Shown: positions 38,133-50,310 of the stretch, in pieces
How the letters are laid out: every line of letters begins with the position of its first letter
Position numbering within the stretch: position 1 is the first letter of the stretch
Assembly (NCBI GenBank): GCA_030390025.1
Contig: CM059431.1
Location: forward strand, 101,124,001 to 101,188,000
Source of the DNA: Squalus acanthias
Lineage: Eukaryota
Direction: 5' to 3'
Length of the DNA stretch: 64,000 nucleotides
Notes under the pieces: generated by a model
The model's database searches: none
The model's input: the letters and a program-made list of their open reading frames with translations, nothing else
What the model was told of the DNA's origin: nothing
Translations under genes and position numbers: made by a program

Positions 38133-38988
38133 GGGCTGGATTTTACTCACCAAGATGAGTTGGGGGCGGGACTGCTGCCTTCCGGGTTCTAGTCCCGCCC
38201 CCAGCGACGTCTGACGAACAGACGCTATTTTCCCCTGATTGGCCTTGTTAAGCCTGCCCTGCAGGCTTGCCGGCCAATTAAGGGAAAGCCGGTGTCAGAT
38301 GACGTCAGTTGAGGATGCTTCATCTGCTGGTTTTCGTAAAGGCATAGGCACCACACTTGTTTGACAGATGATTTGACAGTGTTTGACAGCATTGAGGTAC
38401 TGTCAAACACTGACAATCACTGTCCAAAGGTGAGCCCTTGCAACCAGGCTCTCCAATTACTCTTGCCTTAGGATAAAACAGGTGGCAACTGCAGCTGAGA
38501 TTGCAGAAGCCATCTGTCACTTCTCCCGATGAGATGAGGCTACACAAACACTTCACAGCTTGTCACCTGCAGAAACATCTAACCACATTAAAAATTATTT
38601 TCACAACATGTCCTTATCTCTGATACTAACCAGTGTCCAATTGCATCCTTCACACCACTCCTGCAGCTGTCATCCAAACACCAAGATAACAGTAGACCCA
38701 CAGCACGCCTCACTTACCCTGGCGGGGTTCCCCAACGTCGGGAAGCCCGCAGCAGCAGTCGAAAAATTGGTAAAAGCCTCTTAACTGCCTGTTAACAAGC
38801 AGTTAAGTGGCTATAATCCTCTTCCCGTCGCTAGGAGTCGGGTCCCTGCGCAAATCGGGGACCCAACTCCTGGGAAGATTGGTTGGAGGCGGGTTGGGAG
38901 CGGGTTTGGGACCCGCTCCCATTTTTGGGGATTTTCCCAGCAGTCCTGCCTCCAAACCCGCCTCCTCAGGGCTGGTAAAATCCAGCCC
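38133..38988. mobile_element. Harbinger MITE
   Basis: Perfect TIR GGGCTGGATTTTAC/GTAAAATCCAGCCC with TSD TTA. The right end matches the terminus of the transposase-bearing element at 25698-25740. Confidence 0.85.
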
Positions 38989-39084
38989 TTAATGTCAGAA
39001 GGTGAGAATTCTCCTCCATGATCCGGCTCGAAATCCGGCGAGACCACAAAGGAGAATGAGTGAAGATGTGGGTGGTGAGGATCA

Positions 39085-41025
39085 TTGAGTCATAACGGCA
39101 CAGAAGGAGACCATTCAGGCCCATCGAGACCGTGCCGGCTCTCTGTGGAGCAATCCAGTCAGTCCCACTCCCCCGCTCTATCCCCGTAGCCCTGCAAGTT
39201 TATTTCCCTCAAGTGCCTATCCAGTCTCCCCTTGAAAACATTGAGTGTCTCCGCTTCCACCACTTCCGTCGGCAGCGAATTCCAGGTCCTCACCACTCGC
39301 TGCGTAAAAAAGTTTTCCCTCACGTCCCCCCTGCATCTCTTGCCCAAAACCTTAAATCTGTGTCCCCTAGTCCTTGTACCATCAACTAGTGGGAACAGCC
39401 TTTCCCCGTCTAGCCTATCCAAACCCGTCATAATCTTGTACACCTCTATCAAATCATCCCTCAACCTCCTTTGCTCCAATGAAAACAAATCCAGCTTCTC
39501 CAACCTGTCCTTGTAGCTAAGATCTCCCATCCCCGGAACCATTCTGGTAAATCTCCTCTGCACCCTCTCAAGGGCCTTCACATCCTTCCTAAAGTGTGGT
39601 GACCAGAACTGGATGCAATACTCCAGTTGTGGCCTAACCAGCGCTTTATAATGGTTCAGCATAACTTCTCTACTTTTGTACTCAATACCTCTATTTATGA
39701 AGCCCAAGATTCCATATGCTTTGTTAACCACTCTCTCAATATGTCCTGCCACCTTCAGGGACCTATCTATGCACATTAACTCCCAGGTCCCTCTGTCCCT
39801 GCACACTCTTTAAAACTGTGCCATTAAGTGTATAGTGCCTCTCCCTGTTCCTTCTGCCAAAATGCATCATCTGACACTTCTCTGTCTTAAATTCCATCTG
39901 CCACTTGTCTGCCCATTCTGCTAGCCTTTCTATGTCCTGTTGCAGTCGATTGGTATCATCCTCACTGTTTGCCACACCCCCAAGTTTGGTGTCATCGGCA
40001 AATTTAGAAATTCTACTCTGTATTCCAATATCCAGGTCATTTATATATATATATCAAAAAAAGCAGAGGCCCCAGCACTGACCCTTGGGGAACACCACTG
40101 TCTACCATCCTCCAGTCTGAAAATATCCATTTACCACAACTGTAAGCGAGGAAAATCTGGAAGGTAAAATAGAACTAACAGACTCAGGTGTTACCCAGAT
40201 CAATAGTTTTATTACGAGTGCACACGGGAGAACTATCTCAGCTACCCTTAGCTGGAGACATCGTTCTCAAGGGAAAAAGTGGCAATACAGCTTAGTTTAT
40301 ACAGTTTATTAGACAACACCCACTTATTGCTGATGGGGGTGTATACATGATAATATTGACACTGCATTGGTTTACATGATTAATCAATCAACTACTAGGC
40401 CTGTCCTTTGAACTCGAGTAGCCTCTGGATCTGTCAGTAAGAAGCTTATGGACTGCAGAGGCTTCATTCTAACTTCTGTATTTCTGAGCTATCTCTTACT
40501 CTTCTTATCAGTATGGGAAGGTCTCTTCAGCCGAGACATGACTGGAGGACTACAAAGCCACATTGAGTGCTGTGTCTTGTAGACTACTCTTCAAGGCCTT
40601 CCTTGCTGCCTATTCATCAATCGTTCCTTTGTACTCTTATCTCTTCCAAGAACAGTTCCCTTTTAAACAGTTACTCAGTGTAACCACAAGCAACACTGCA
40701 GAATGTCTTTGGTCAGCTAAATGTATTTATGTTAGTTTTAAAAAGGGTTAATATAGCCAAGTATCCCTCGGTGCTTTGCGTTTGTTTTCCAGCCTAACGA
40801 GACTGAATGATACCTTTCAGACATAGTATACCGGTCAAATATTGAGGCCCACCCCTTTATATCCCCTAAACCAAATTTTATCCTGACAACAACTCGCTGT
40901 TTTCTGTCCTTAAGCCAATTCCTTTTCCAAGCTGCCACTGACCCACCTATTCCATGAGCCTCAATTTTGTTAACCAGCCTTCTATGTGGTACTTTGTCAA
41001 ACGCCTTCCGAAAATCCATGTTAAT
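39085..41025 (-). mobile_element. CR1 LINE RT fragment interrupted by a solo LTR
   Basis: FDKVPH, WQMEF and YKALVRPQLEYC segments are colinear across the insert. Confidence 0.85.
40141..40888 (-). mobile_element. Solo LTR, 748 bp
   Basis: TG...CA ends and a perfect 5-bp TSD acaac (40136-40140, 40889-40893). On the minus strand, TATAAA at about 40300 precedes AATAAA at 40208-40213. Confidence 0.8.
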
Positions 41026-41035
41026 CACTGCTAGC

Positions 41036-42075
41036 TTGGGTTGCCAACCCTCCAGGATTGCCCTGGAGCCTCCGGGAATTAAAGATTAATCTCCGGGACA
41101 CTGCTGCCAACCAGCAACTCCGGGAGAAAAACAGAATTATAGAAATTTAAGGCACAGGAGGCCATTTGACCCATCGTGTCCGTGCCGGCTGACAAAGAGC
41201 TACCCAGCCTAATCCCACTTTCCAGCACTTGGTCCGTAGCCCTGCAGGTTACAGCACTTCAAGTGCATATCCAAGTACTTTTTAAATGTGATGAGGGTTT
41301 CTGCCTCTACCACCCTTTCAGGCAGTGAGTTCCAGACCCCCACCACCCTCTGGGTGAAGAAATTTCTCCTCAACTCCCCTCTAATCCTTCTACCAATTAC
41401 TTTAAATCTATGTCCCCTAGTTATTGACCTCTCTGCTAAGGGAAATAGGTGCTTCCTATCCACTCTATCTCGGCCCCTCATAACTTTATACACCTCAATT
41501 AGGTCCCCCCTCAGCCTCCTCTGTTCCAAAGAAAACAACCCCAGCCTATCCAATCTTTCCTCATAGCTAAAATTCCCCAGCCCAGGCAACATCCTCGTAA
41601 ATCTCCTCTGCACCCTCTCTAGTGCAATCACATCTTTCCTGTAATGTGGTGACCAGAACTGTACGCAGTATTCCAGCTGTGGCCTAACTAGTGTTTTATA
41701 CAGTTCAAGCATAACCTCCCTGCTCTTATATACTATGCCTCGGCTAACAAAGGAAAGTATCCCGTATGCCTTCTTAATCTTCTGTCCTGCTACCTTCAGG
41801 AATAGTGCTTTATTTAATCTTTTCAAACACTGTCATTTATTAGTTATAAAAATATTGGAGATAGGGAAAAAAGGCAGTTTGACTGACAATCAAGAGCCGT
41901 CCAATTGGGTAATGAAGGGTCTGTTTGCTTTCCAATTGGCGGGGCAAGGTGGCGAGTCATGAGGATGGACGTATCGGGTGACCAATGGTGGGAGTGTGGG
42001 GGACGGGGCAGTTGGAGGCGGGAGGTCATGCGATGACACCTCCTGGAATGCGTCCAACCAGAGTTGGCCACCCTA
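41036..42075. mobile_element. hAT-like non-autonomous element with nested CR1 (41135-41800)
   Basis: TIR T(T)GGGTTGCCAAC/GTTGGCCACCCTA with a degenerate 8-bp TSD ctgctagc/ccgcaagc. An internal homologue lies at 19735-19930. Confidence 0.65.
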
Positions 42076-42964
42076 CCGCAAGCTCACCCACCAGGACCAC
42101 CACTGGCAGCTCATTCCCTGCTCACCGCTGGTGGACTTCCCTTCCGCTCACCCCACTGACCACCACTTTCCGGGGCCGCGCTGTGGAAGGTGGTGGTCGG
42201 CCATGGGTCAGCAGCGGTAAAGAATCCGAGGTCCCCCAGTGGAAGGAGCCGGCCTTCAGCCAGTCACCTGGGCAACACAGAGACGAAGAAGATGTTAAGT
42301 TTGAGTCCTAGTGTGTGTTGAGTAAGCTGATCTCAGCCTGGACAGCAACTGAGGCTTCAGTACACCTGAGGAAGGGGAAAAAAACATCCAGGATTCCAAT
42401 TAGATTCATAGAATGATACAGCACGGAAGGAGGCCATTCGGCCCATCATGCCTGTGTCGGCTCTTTGGTCGAGCTCTCTAATTAGTCCCACTCCCCCTGC
42501 TCTTTCCCCAGAGCCCTGCAAATTTTTTCCCCTTCAAGTATTTATCCAATTCTCTTTTGAAAGTTATTATTGAATCTGCTTCCACCACCCTTTCAGGCAG
42601 TGCATTCCAGATCATAACAGCTCGCTGTGTAAAAAAATGTTTCCTCATGTCGCCTCTGGTTCTTTTGCCAATCACCTTCAATCTGTGTCCTCTGGTTACC
42701 GACACTCCTGCCACTGGAAACAGTTTCTCCTTATTTACTCTATCCTAAACCATTCATGATTTTGAACACCTCTATTACCTCTAAGTGGCAAGTAACATTC
42801 ACGCCACACAAGTGCCAGGCAATGACCATCTCCAATGAGAGAGAATCTAACCAACTCCCCTTGACATTCAATGGCATTACCATCATTGAATCCCCCACTA
42901 TCAACAGCCTTGGGTTCACCGTTGACCAAAAACATAACTGGACCAGCCACAGATAGCAAGTCCA

Positions 42965-43392
42965 GTAGCATTTTGGTTACGTTACTGGACTCGTAATCCA
43001 GAGGCCTGGACTAATGATCCAGAGACGCGAGTTCAAATCCCACCACGGCAGCTGTGGAATTTAAATTCAGTTAATTAAATAAATCTGGAATTTATAAAAA
43101 TGCTAGTATCACAGTGATGCTGACCATGAATCTACTGTTTTGTCGTAAAAACCCATCTGGTTCACTAATGTCCTTTAGGAAGGAAATCTGCCGTCCTTAC
43201 CCGGTCTGGCCTATATGTGACTCCAGACCCACAGCAATGTTGGTTGACTCTTAACTGCCCTCTGAAATGGCCCAGCGAGGCACTCAGTTGTATTTAAGGC
43301 GGAGGCTCACCACCATCTTCTCAAGGACTATTAAGGATGAGCAATACATGGCCTTGCCGGTGACATCCACATCTCGTGAATGAATTAAAAAA
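42965..43392 (+). mobile_element. Second tRNA-derived SINE family (3' tail shared with LINE family C)
   Basis: B-box gagttcaaatcc, central ggaaggaaatctgccgtccttacccggtctggcc domain and a tail related to LINE family C. Another copy at 59338-59710. Confidence 0.7.
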
Positions 43393-44310
43393 AATCATAT
43401 AAAGCCAATCCAGGACCCAGGCAGCTTTCTCCTCAGTAACATCATTGGACTGATCCTATAGGGAAGGAGACCCAAAATAATGGGGCAGGAAATATAACAT
43501 TCTTTATTGTGTCCAATTCTGGGCACCGCACTTTAGGAAGGATGTGAAGGCCTTAGAGAGGGTGCAGAAAAGATTTACAAGAATGGTTCCCAGGATGAGG
43601 GACTTCAGTTACGTGGATAGACTGGAGAAGCTGGGGTTGTTCTCCTTAGGGCAGAGAAGGTTGAGAGGAGATTTGATAGAGGTGTTCAAAATCATGAGGG
43701 GTCTAGACTGAGTAGATAGAAGAGAACTGTTCCCACTGGCGGAAGGGTCGAGAACCAGAGGACACAGGTTTAAGGTGATTGGCAGAAGAACCAAAGGCGA
43801 CAGTAAGAAAAATGTGGTTGACTCTTAACTGCCCTCTGAAATGGCGGCTCACCACCACCTTTGTAAAGGCAATTAGGGATGGGCAATAAATGCTGGCCTT
43901 GCCAGCGACGCCCACATCCCGCCAATGAATGAAAAAAAAATACTGTGGCTACAAGAGCAGGTCAGAGGCTGGGTATTCTGTGACGAGTGACTCACCTCCT
44001 GACTCTCAAAGCCTTTCCACCATCTACAAGGCACAAGTCAGGAGTGTGATGGCAATACTCTCCACTTGCCTGGATGAGTGCAGCTCCAACAACACTCAAG
44101 AAGCTCGACAACATCCAGGACAAGGCAGCCCGCTTGATTGGCACCCCATCCACCACCTTAAACATTCACTCCCTCCACCACCGGCGCACCGTGGCTGCAG
44201 TGTGTACCGTCTACAAGGTGCACTGCAGCAACTCGCCAAGGCTTCTTCGACAGCACCTTTCAAACTCGCGAGCCCTACCACCTAGAAGGACAAAGGCAGC
44301 AGGCACTCTC

Positions 44311-45134
44311 TGTGCAGGAATAAGCCATATTCAGAAAAATACACTATCTTATGAAGGAGTTCTGGCCTTATTAAAGCATGACAAACTGGGTTTGGAAATT
44401 TAGAAAGCTAACTATGAAATAGCTATGAAAGCATTCTGGCTATTGAGATAAGACAGTTGTTGACCCTGAATAAATAACCTTATTGAAACAGAAGGTGCAT
44501 GGTCTCCGACAAGCTGACCTTTTGGGAACAAAAACAATGGTTCACCCTGGATAAGGTGTTCTAATTTAAACTCGTAAAGATGGCACATAAGATAAGGAAC
44601 ACCTGCCTGTCACACCGCTTTTACATGGTCAACCCGGAACACCTGGAGATGAGACAAGATTCTGGCTGATGTGGCAGTAAGAGTTACAGAGGTCGGCAGA
44701 AAGATGAATAGAGATAATTAACTTGCATCAGCAGAAAACCTTAAAGGAAATACCACTGGAAAAGGGTATAAATATTGAACTCTCAAATGGGATATCAGAC
44801 TCGCTTTAATCGGGCAAAGCGATTCTCGGCTACAGAGGCGGCTCTGTAGTCTCCAACTCTTTGTACCTCGGGGATCAAAGGTATTTGATATTGATGGATA
44901 TCCTGTATAGAGAACTTTAAGAACTGTAATACTGTAGCAAAGTTAAGATTTAAAAGTAAGATTCTCTGTTAAAAAGATAGTATTTTTACTCTTTTTAGAA
45001 CTGTTAAAGTTGCGATTGACTGATTCACCAACTGTAAATTGCATGTCGGTTCTTTTAATAAATCTCTATATATTTTTAGAATTGTCTCATATAAGTCTTC
45101 TGTATCAAAAACTCATGAACTCAATTTCTGTACA
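44311..45134 (+). mobile_element. Probable LTR, possibly followed by a PBS and leader
   Basis: Imperfect terminal IR TGTGCAGGA...TTCTGTACA. TATAAA at about 44766 and AATAAA at about 45057. Followed by TGGTGTAG at 45140. Confidence 0.55.
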
Positions 45135-45775
45135 CTCTTTGGTGTAGAGTTACAGAATTCTGAGAGTGTTTTCCGGACCCTCATAATATCCGGGACGTTA
45201 CAGTCTAGCTAAACTTATTAAAAGCGCTATCTGGAGGACGGTAACATTCTCGGGTTGTTCCTTTCCTTTAGGGAGAGATAGCCCGGACCTTTAGACCCAA
45301 TTAAGCGTCTTTAGGATTCGGCTACCTCAAACTTTAGTTGAAAGTGAATGTCTGAGAAATACGCCTGATCCGGGGTAGCCCTAAAGGGGCTTGGACTCGT
45401 AAATATCCTTTCACCTTCATCATCACTGGGTCCAAATCCTGGAACTCCCTCCCTAACAGCACTGTGGGAGAACCTTCACCACACAGACTGCAGCGATTCA
45501 AGAAGGCGGCTCACCACCACCTTCTCAAGGGACAATTAGGGATGGGCAATAAATGCTGGCTTTGCCAGCGACGCCCACATCCCGAGAATGAATAAATAAA
45601 AATAAAATCTCCTCTTAACCTTCTCTGCTCTAAGGAGAACAACCCATTGAGATCGCACCCTCAATTCTGCAAAATGGTGACAGCTGTTGATTTTAAAGGC
45701 AATCAGCTACAGTATCGAAGACTGAAGAACAGTTGCTTAGCAAAGCATTTGCCTATAGTTACTCTTAGAGTCATA

Positions 45776-46664
45776 GGGGGAAAAATTCAGTTGGTTGCGC
45801 CTCCCGTTAGCGCCTTAAGAAGGCGCTAATGGGGTGCAAAGCATCTAGTGCCCAGGCGCGGTGAAGTTTGCGCCGCTCGTGAAATTAACTAGACATTTTG
45901 CGGCGGCGCTAAACACTACCGCCACGATCTCCTGCGCCGGCAGATTGTGACGTCAGTTGAGTGCGCAACGCCCCGGTATCGCCCCGGAGCGGATATTGAG
46001 TGGCGCCCCCTGCCTTACCACCTGACGCTAGCAACGACAGTTTGAGTGGAGCGTTCTGCAGTCATGAAGGGAAAGGGGGAGCGCTATTTAAAGGTGACCG
46101 CTTCCTGCCTTTTATTGTTGGTGCCATTTTTGAACTACGCATTGTGAGAGAGAGAGAGACTTCTGGAGAGTTTCAACGTTGTGTGAAGGAGTTTTGGGTA
46201 CTGAGTAGCACTTTGCAGGTTCATTTTGATTTGCCATTCCTTGTATCGATTTAGAAGAGACTGTGGGGGCTGCACTCTGAGCTCTTTGCCTGGTACTCTC
46301 CATTGTTCTTTCCAGCAGATTTGATGTGCAGGTCTCTCCAGGCCGAGATTCAAGGCTGCAATTAGCAGGATGTGGATGGAAAATGAGATTAACCATCCCC
46401 TTTAAGAACTGGCCCGTGCCATTGTGTGTGCGTTCCATTGCTGACTGACATTACATGAGCTTCGCCAGCGCTCTGAGGTAGCACCTCGCTCCTCGGCCTT
46501 TGCGCCTTAAGACAGGTGTGAAGCGCCTGATTTAGCGCTCCAATCACCTCCAGGGGCGATAAAAGTCAAGTTTGCAGTCGGTGGCGATAATTAGTGCCAG
46601 GCGCTAATCTTTGTGCCCAGCCGATAATTGCGCCCCAAATGGGGCGTTACTGAATTTCTCCCCC
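45776..46664. mobile_element. Harbinger-type MITE (same family as 1748-2567, inverted)
   Basis: Extensive reverse-complement similarity with 1748-2567. TSD ATA. Confidence 0.8.
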
Positions 46665-47340
46665 ATAGAGTTATACAGCACAGAAAGAGGCTCTTCGGTC
46701 CATCGTGTCCGCGCCGGCCATCAAGCCCTATCTATTCTAATCCCATTTTCCAGCACTTGGTCCATAGCCTTGTATGCTATGGTGTTTCAAGTGCTCATCT
46801 AAATGCTTCTTGAATGTTGTGAGAGTTCCTGCCTCTACCACCCTTTCAGGCAGTGAGTTCCAGATTCCAACCACCATCTGGGTGAAAAAGTTTTTCCTCA
46901 AATCCCTTCTAAACCTCCATCCCCCTTACCTTGAAACTATGCCTCCTGGTTATTGACCCCTCAACTAAGGGGAAAAGTTCCTTTCTATCTACCCTATCTA
47001 TGCCCCTCATAATTTTGTACACCTCAATCAGGTCCCCCCCTCAGCCTTCTCTGCTCTAAGAAAAACAACCCCAGCCTGTCCAGTCTCTCTTCATAGCTGA
47101 AGCGCTCCAGCCCAGGTAACATCCTGGTGAATCTCCTCTGCACCCTCTCCAATGTAATCACATCCTTCCTATAGTGTGGCGACCAGGACTGCACACAGTA
47201 TTCCAGCTGTGGCCTAACTAGCGTTTTGTACAGCTCCATCATAACCTCCCTGCTCTTATATTCTATGCCTCGGCTGATGAAAGCAAGTATCCCATATGCC
47301 TTTTTAACCAGCTTATCTACCTGTCCTGCTGCCTTCAGGT
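46665..47340 (-). mobile_element. CR1 LINE 3' fragment
   Basis: ELYKTLVRPQLEYCVQSWSPHYRKD. Confidence 0.8.
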
Positions 47341-48589
47341 TCTGTATTTGTTAAAATTCACTCTTTCTTCAGGAGTGTAGAGAGGCTATGGTCTTGAGCT
47401 GTTGCTCCTGACTGCTCTGCTAAACTCCCCAAACCGAGCACACCGAGGGAGTTCTAACGTGGTCCGTACTACCACAGGGGGTGGGGGAAACAGTTGACAT
47501 TTTGAAAATGAAATTCAGATGTTTATATTTCACATGGGGCCTGATCGGAGAACAGCCTCAGGAAGGTCTGTAGACACTTAACACCTGTTGACACAACACG
47601 GAAAGCTGTGCGGTGTTGCCATCAGGCACCAAACCTCACAGTGGATAGCAAAGGCAGACAACACCAAAGAGTGCACTAGGGATAAAAATGTTCCTAAGGC
47701 TAAGGAATGTCAAATCCTCATGTACAATTATATGGCACTGATTAAGAGTGACAAGTAGATGTCTGCACGGTATCACTTCGCTCCATCTCCTGAGGGGACA
47801 ACAGCGATCATGACATGATATGTTGAAAAACCGAGACCTGCCCAGGGATGGTGGGTGGGAAACATGATTACTCAAGAAAAGGGCTGCAAAGGGAAAACAA
47901 ATCAATTTTCATTGAAAATAACCTGAGAATTTAAGGGGGCATAACCTTAAGATTAGAGCCAGGCCATTCAGGGGTGATGTCAGTAAGCTTCTTCACACAA
48001 AGGCTAGCGGAAATCTGGAACTCTCCAAAAAACGCTGTTGAGGCTGGGGGGTCAATTTAAAATGTCAAAACTGAGATTGATAGATTTTTGTTTGGTAAGG
48101 GTATTAAGCGTTACGGAACCAAGACGGGGAGATGGATTTGAGATACAGATCAGCCGTGATCTAATTGAATGGCGGAATCACACAGAAGATACAGTCCACA
48201 AATAGCAAAGTCACACTGACACAATTTTCTGCTGTTGCGATGACTGAGGATGAAAGTGATTAATGACTTTGGAACCAAACTTTCAATCTAAATGTTACAA
48301 GTGATCTGATGTGGGCTGTATGTTACAGATAGCAGTAATTCGAGGGCAGTATGAGGTTTGCGAGAATTGCGACATCAACATGGTACAAACTGTCACAGGT
48401 TGTGGCCCATGTGGTCGTTGTCATTGACGGGAATTTTCATCCATCATTGTGAACAATTTTGCAAAGTTCAGTATTTTAGATTACTTGAGAAACACCAGAA
48501 GTCAATTTCAGAATCACACAATCTTGATTTAAGTAAATTCATCTTCATCATGACTTTATAGGCAAATTTTCATTTGGTTTTTCTTTTGG

Positions 48590-50310
48590 TAATCATAGAA
48601 GAGTACAGCACAGAGGGAGGCCATTCGGCCCATCGAGTCTGCGTTGGCTCTTTCGAAGAGCAATCCAGTTAGTCCCGCTCCCCCCCCCTGCTCTTTCCCC
48701 ATATCCCTGCAAATTTTTCTCCTTCAAGTATTTATCCAATTCCCTTTTGAAGGCTACAATTGAATCTGTTTTCACCACCCTTTCAGGCTGTGCATTCCAA
48801 ATCCTAACCACTCGTTGTGTAAAAAGGTTTTTCCTCGCGTCACCTCTGGTTCTTTTGCCAATCACCTTAAATCTGTGCCCTCTGGTTATCGACCCTTCAG
48901 CCACTGGAAACAGTTTCTCTTTATTTACTCTATCTAAACCCTTCATGATTTTAAACACCTCGATCAAATCTCCGCTTAGCCTTCTCTGCTCCAAGGAGAA
49001 CAACCCCACCTTCTCTAGTCTATCCACGTAACTGTAATCCCTCATCCCTGGATCCATTCTAGTAAATCTCTTCCGCACCCTCTCCAAAGCCTTTACGTCC
49101 TTCCTAAAGTGTGGAGCCCAGAATTTGACACAATACTCCAACTGGGACCGAACTAGTGTTTTATATAGGTTTAGCATAACCTCCTGGCTTTTGTATGCTA
49201 TGCCTCTATTTATAAAATTGAGAGGTCGCACAACACCAGGTTATAGTCCAACAGTTTTATTTGAAATCACAAGCTTTCGGAGCTATCGCTCCTTCCTCAG
49301 GTGAAGTAAATTGGATACAGAATCGCCAGAGCATATATAGATGGAAAAAAAAGCATGTGTACTTTACAATTGCAGACCAATAAATTAAATCATCCTGACT
49401 ATCTGCCGAGGTGTGATAAAGTTAATTAAGTCAGCCAGGAAGGTACCACATCAAAAGACATAGCAAGATACAACTGAGACAATGAGGTGTAGTCGCAGGG
49501 GTTCCAACGTGTCAAAAGCTGCCGTCTGTATGTAAAACGAAAAGCTTTAAAAAAAAATTTACTTTTTTACTGGGAAAATTTTTACTTTTTTACTGGGAAT
49601 CACATCTGTGAACAAGCTAACGACGACTCGAGTCCGGATCACGTCATGTATCGTGACATAAACCCAAGATCCCGGTTTATGTCACGATACATGACGTGAT
49701 CCGGACTCGAGTCGTCGTTAGCTTGTTCACAGATGTGATTCCCAGTAAAAAAGTAAAAATTTTCCCAGTAAAAAAGTAAATTTTTTTTTAAAGCTTTTCG
49801 TTTTACATACAGACGGCAGCTTTTGACACGTTGGAACCCCTGCGACTACACCTCATTGTCTCAGTTGTATCTTGCTATGTCTTTTGATGTGGTACCTTCC
49901 TGGCTGACTTAATTAACTTTATCACACCTCGGCAGATAGTCAGGATGATTTAATTTATTGGTCTGCAATTGTAAAGTACACATGCTTTTTTTTCCATCTA
50001 TATATGCTCTGGCGATTCTGTATCCAATTTACTTCACCTGAGGAAGGAGCGATAGCTCCGAAAGCTTGTGATTTCAAATAAAACTGTTGGACTATAACCT
50101 GGTGTTGTGCGACCTCTCAATTTTGTCCACCCCAGTCCAACACCGGCATCTCCGCATCATGACCTCTATTTATAAAGCCCAGGATCCCATATGCTTTGTT
50201 AACTGCTTTGTTAACCTGTCCTGCCACCTTCAAAGATTTGTGCACAAACACCCCGAGGTCTCTCTCTTCTTGCACCCCCTTTAAAATTCTATCAGTTAGC
50301 ATGTATTGCA
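48590..50310 (-). mobile_element. CR1 LINE 3' fragment interrupted by a palindromic PLE
   Basis: KAYGILGFINRG (50163 onward) continues as FINRGIAYKS (49216 downward). Confidence 0.85.
49217..50162 (+). mobile_element. Palindromic Penelope-like insertion (family A relative)
   Basis: Arms 49214-49664 and 49674-50124 with a 9-nt loop. 14-bp TSD cctctatttataaa. Right-only tail. Hammerheads at 49267-49305 (-) and 50033-50071 (+). Confidence 0.85.
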
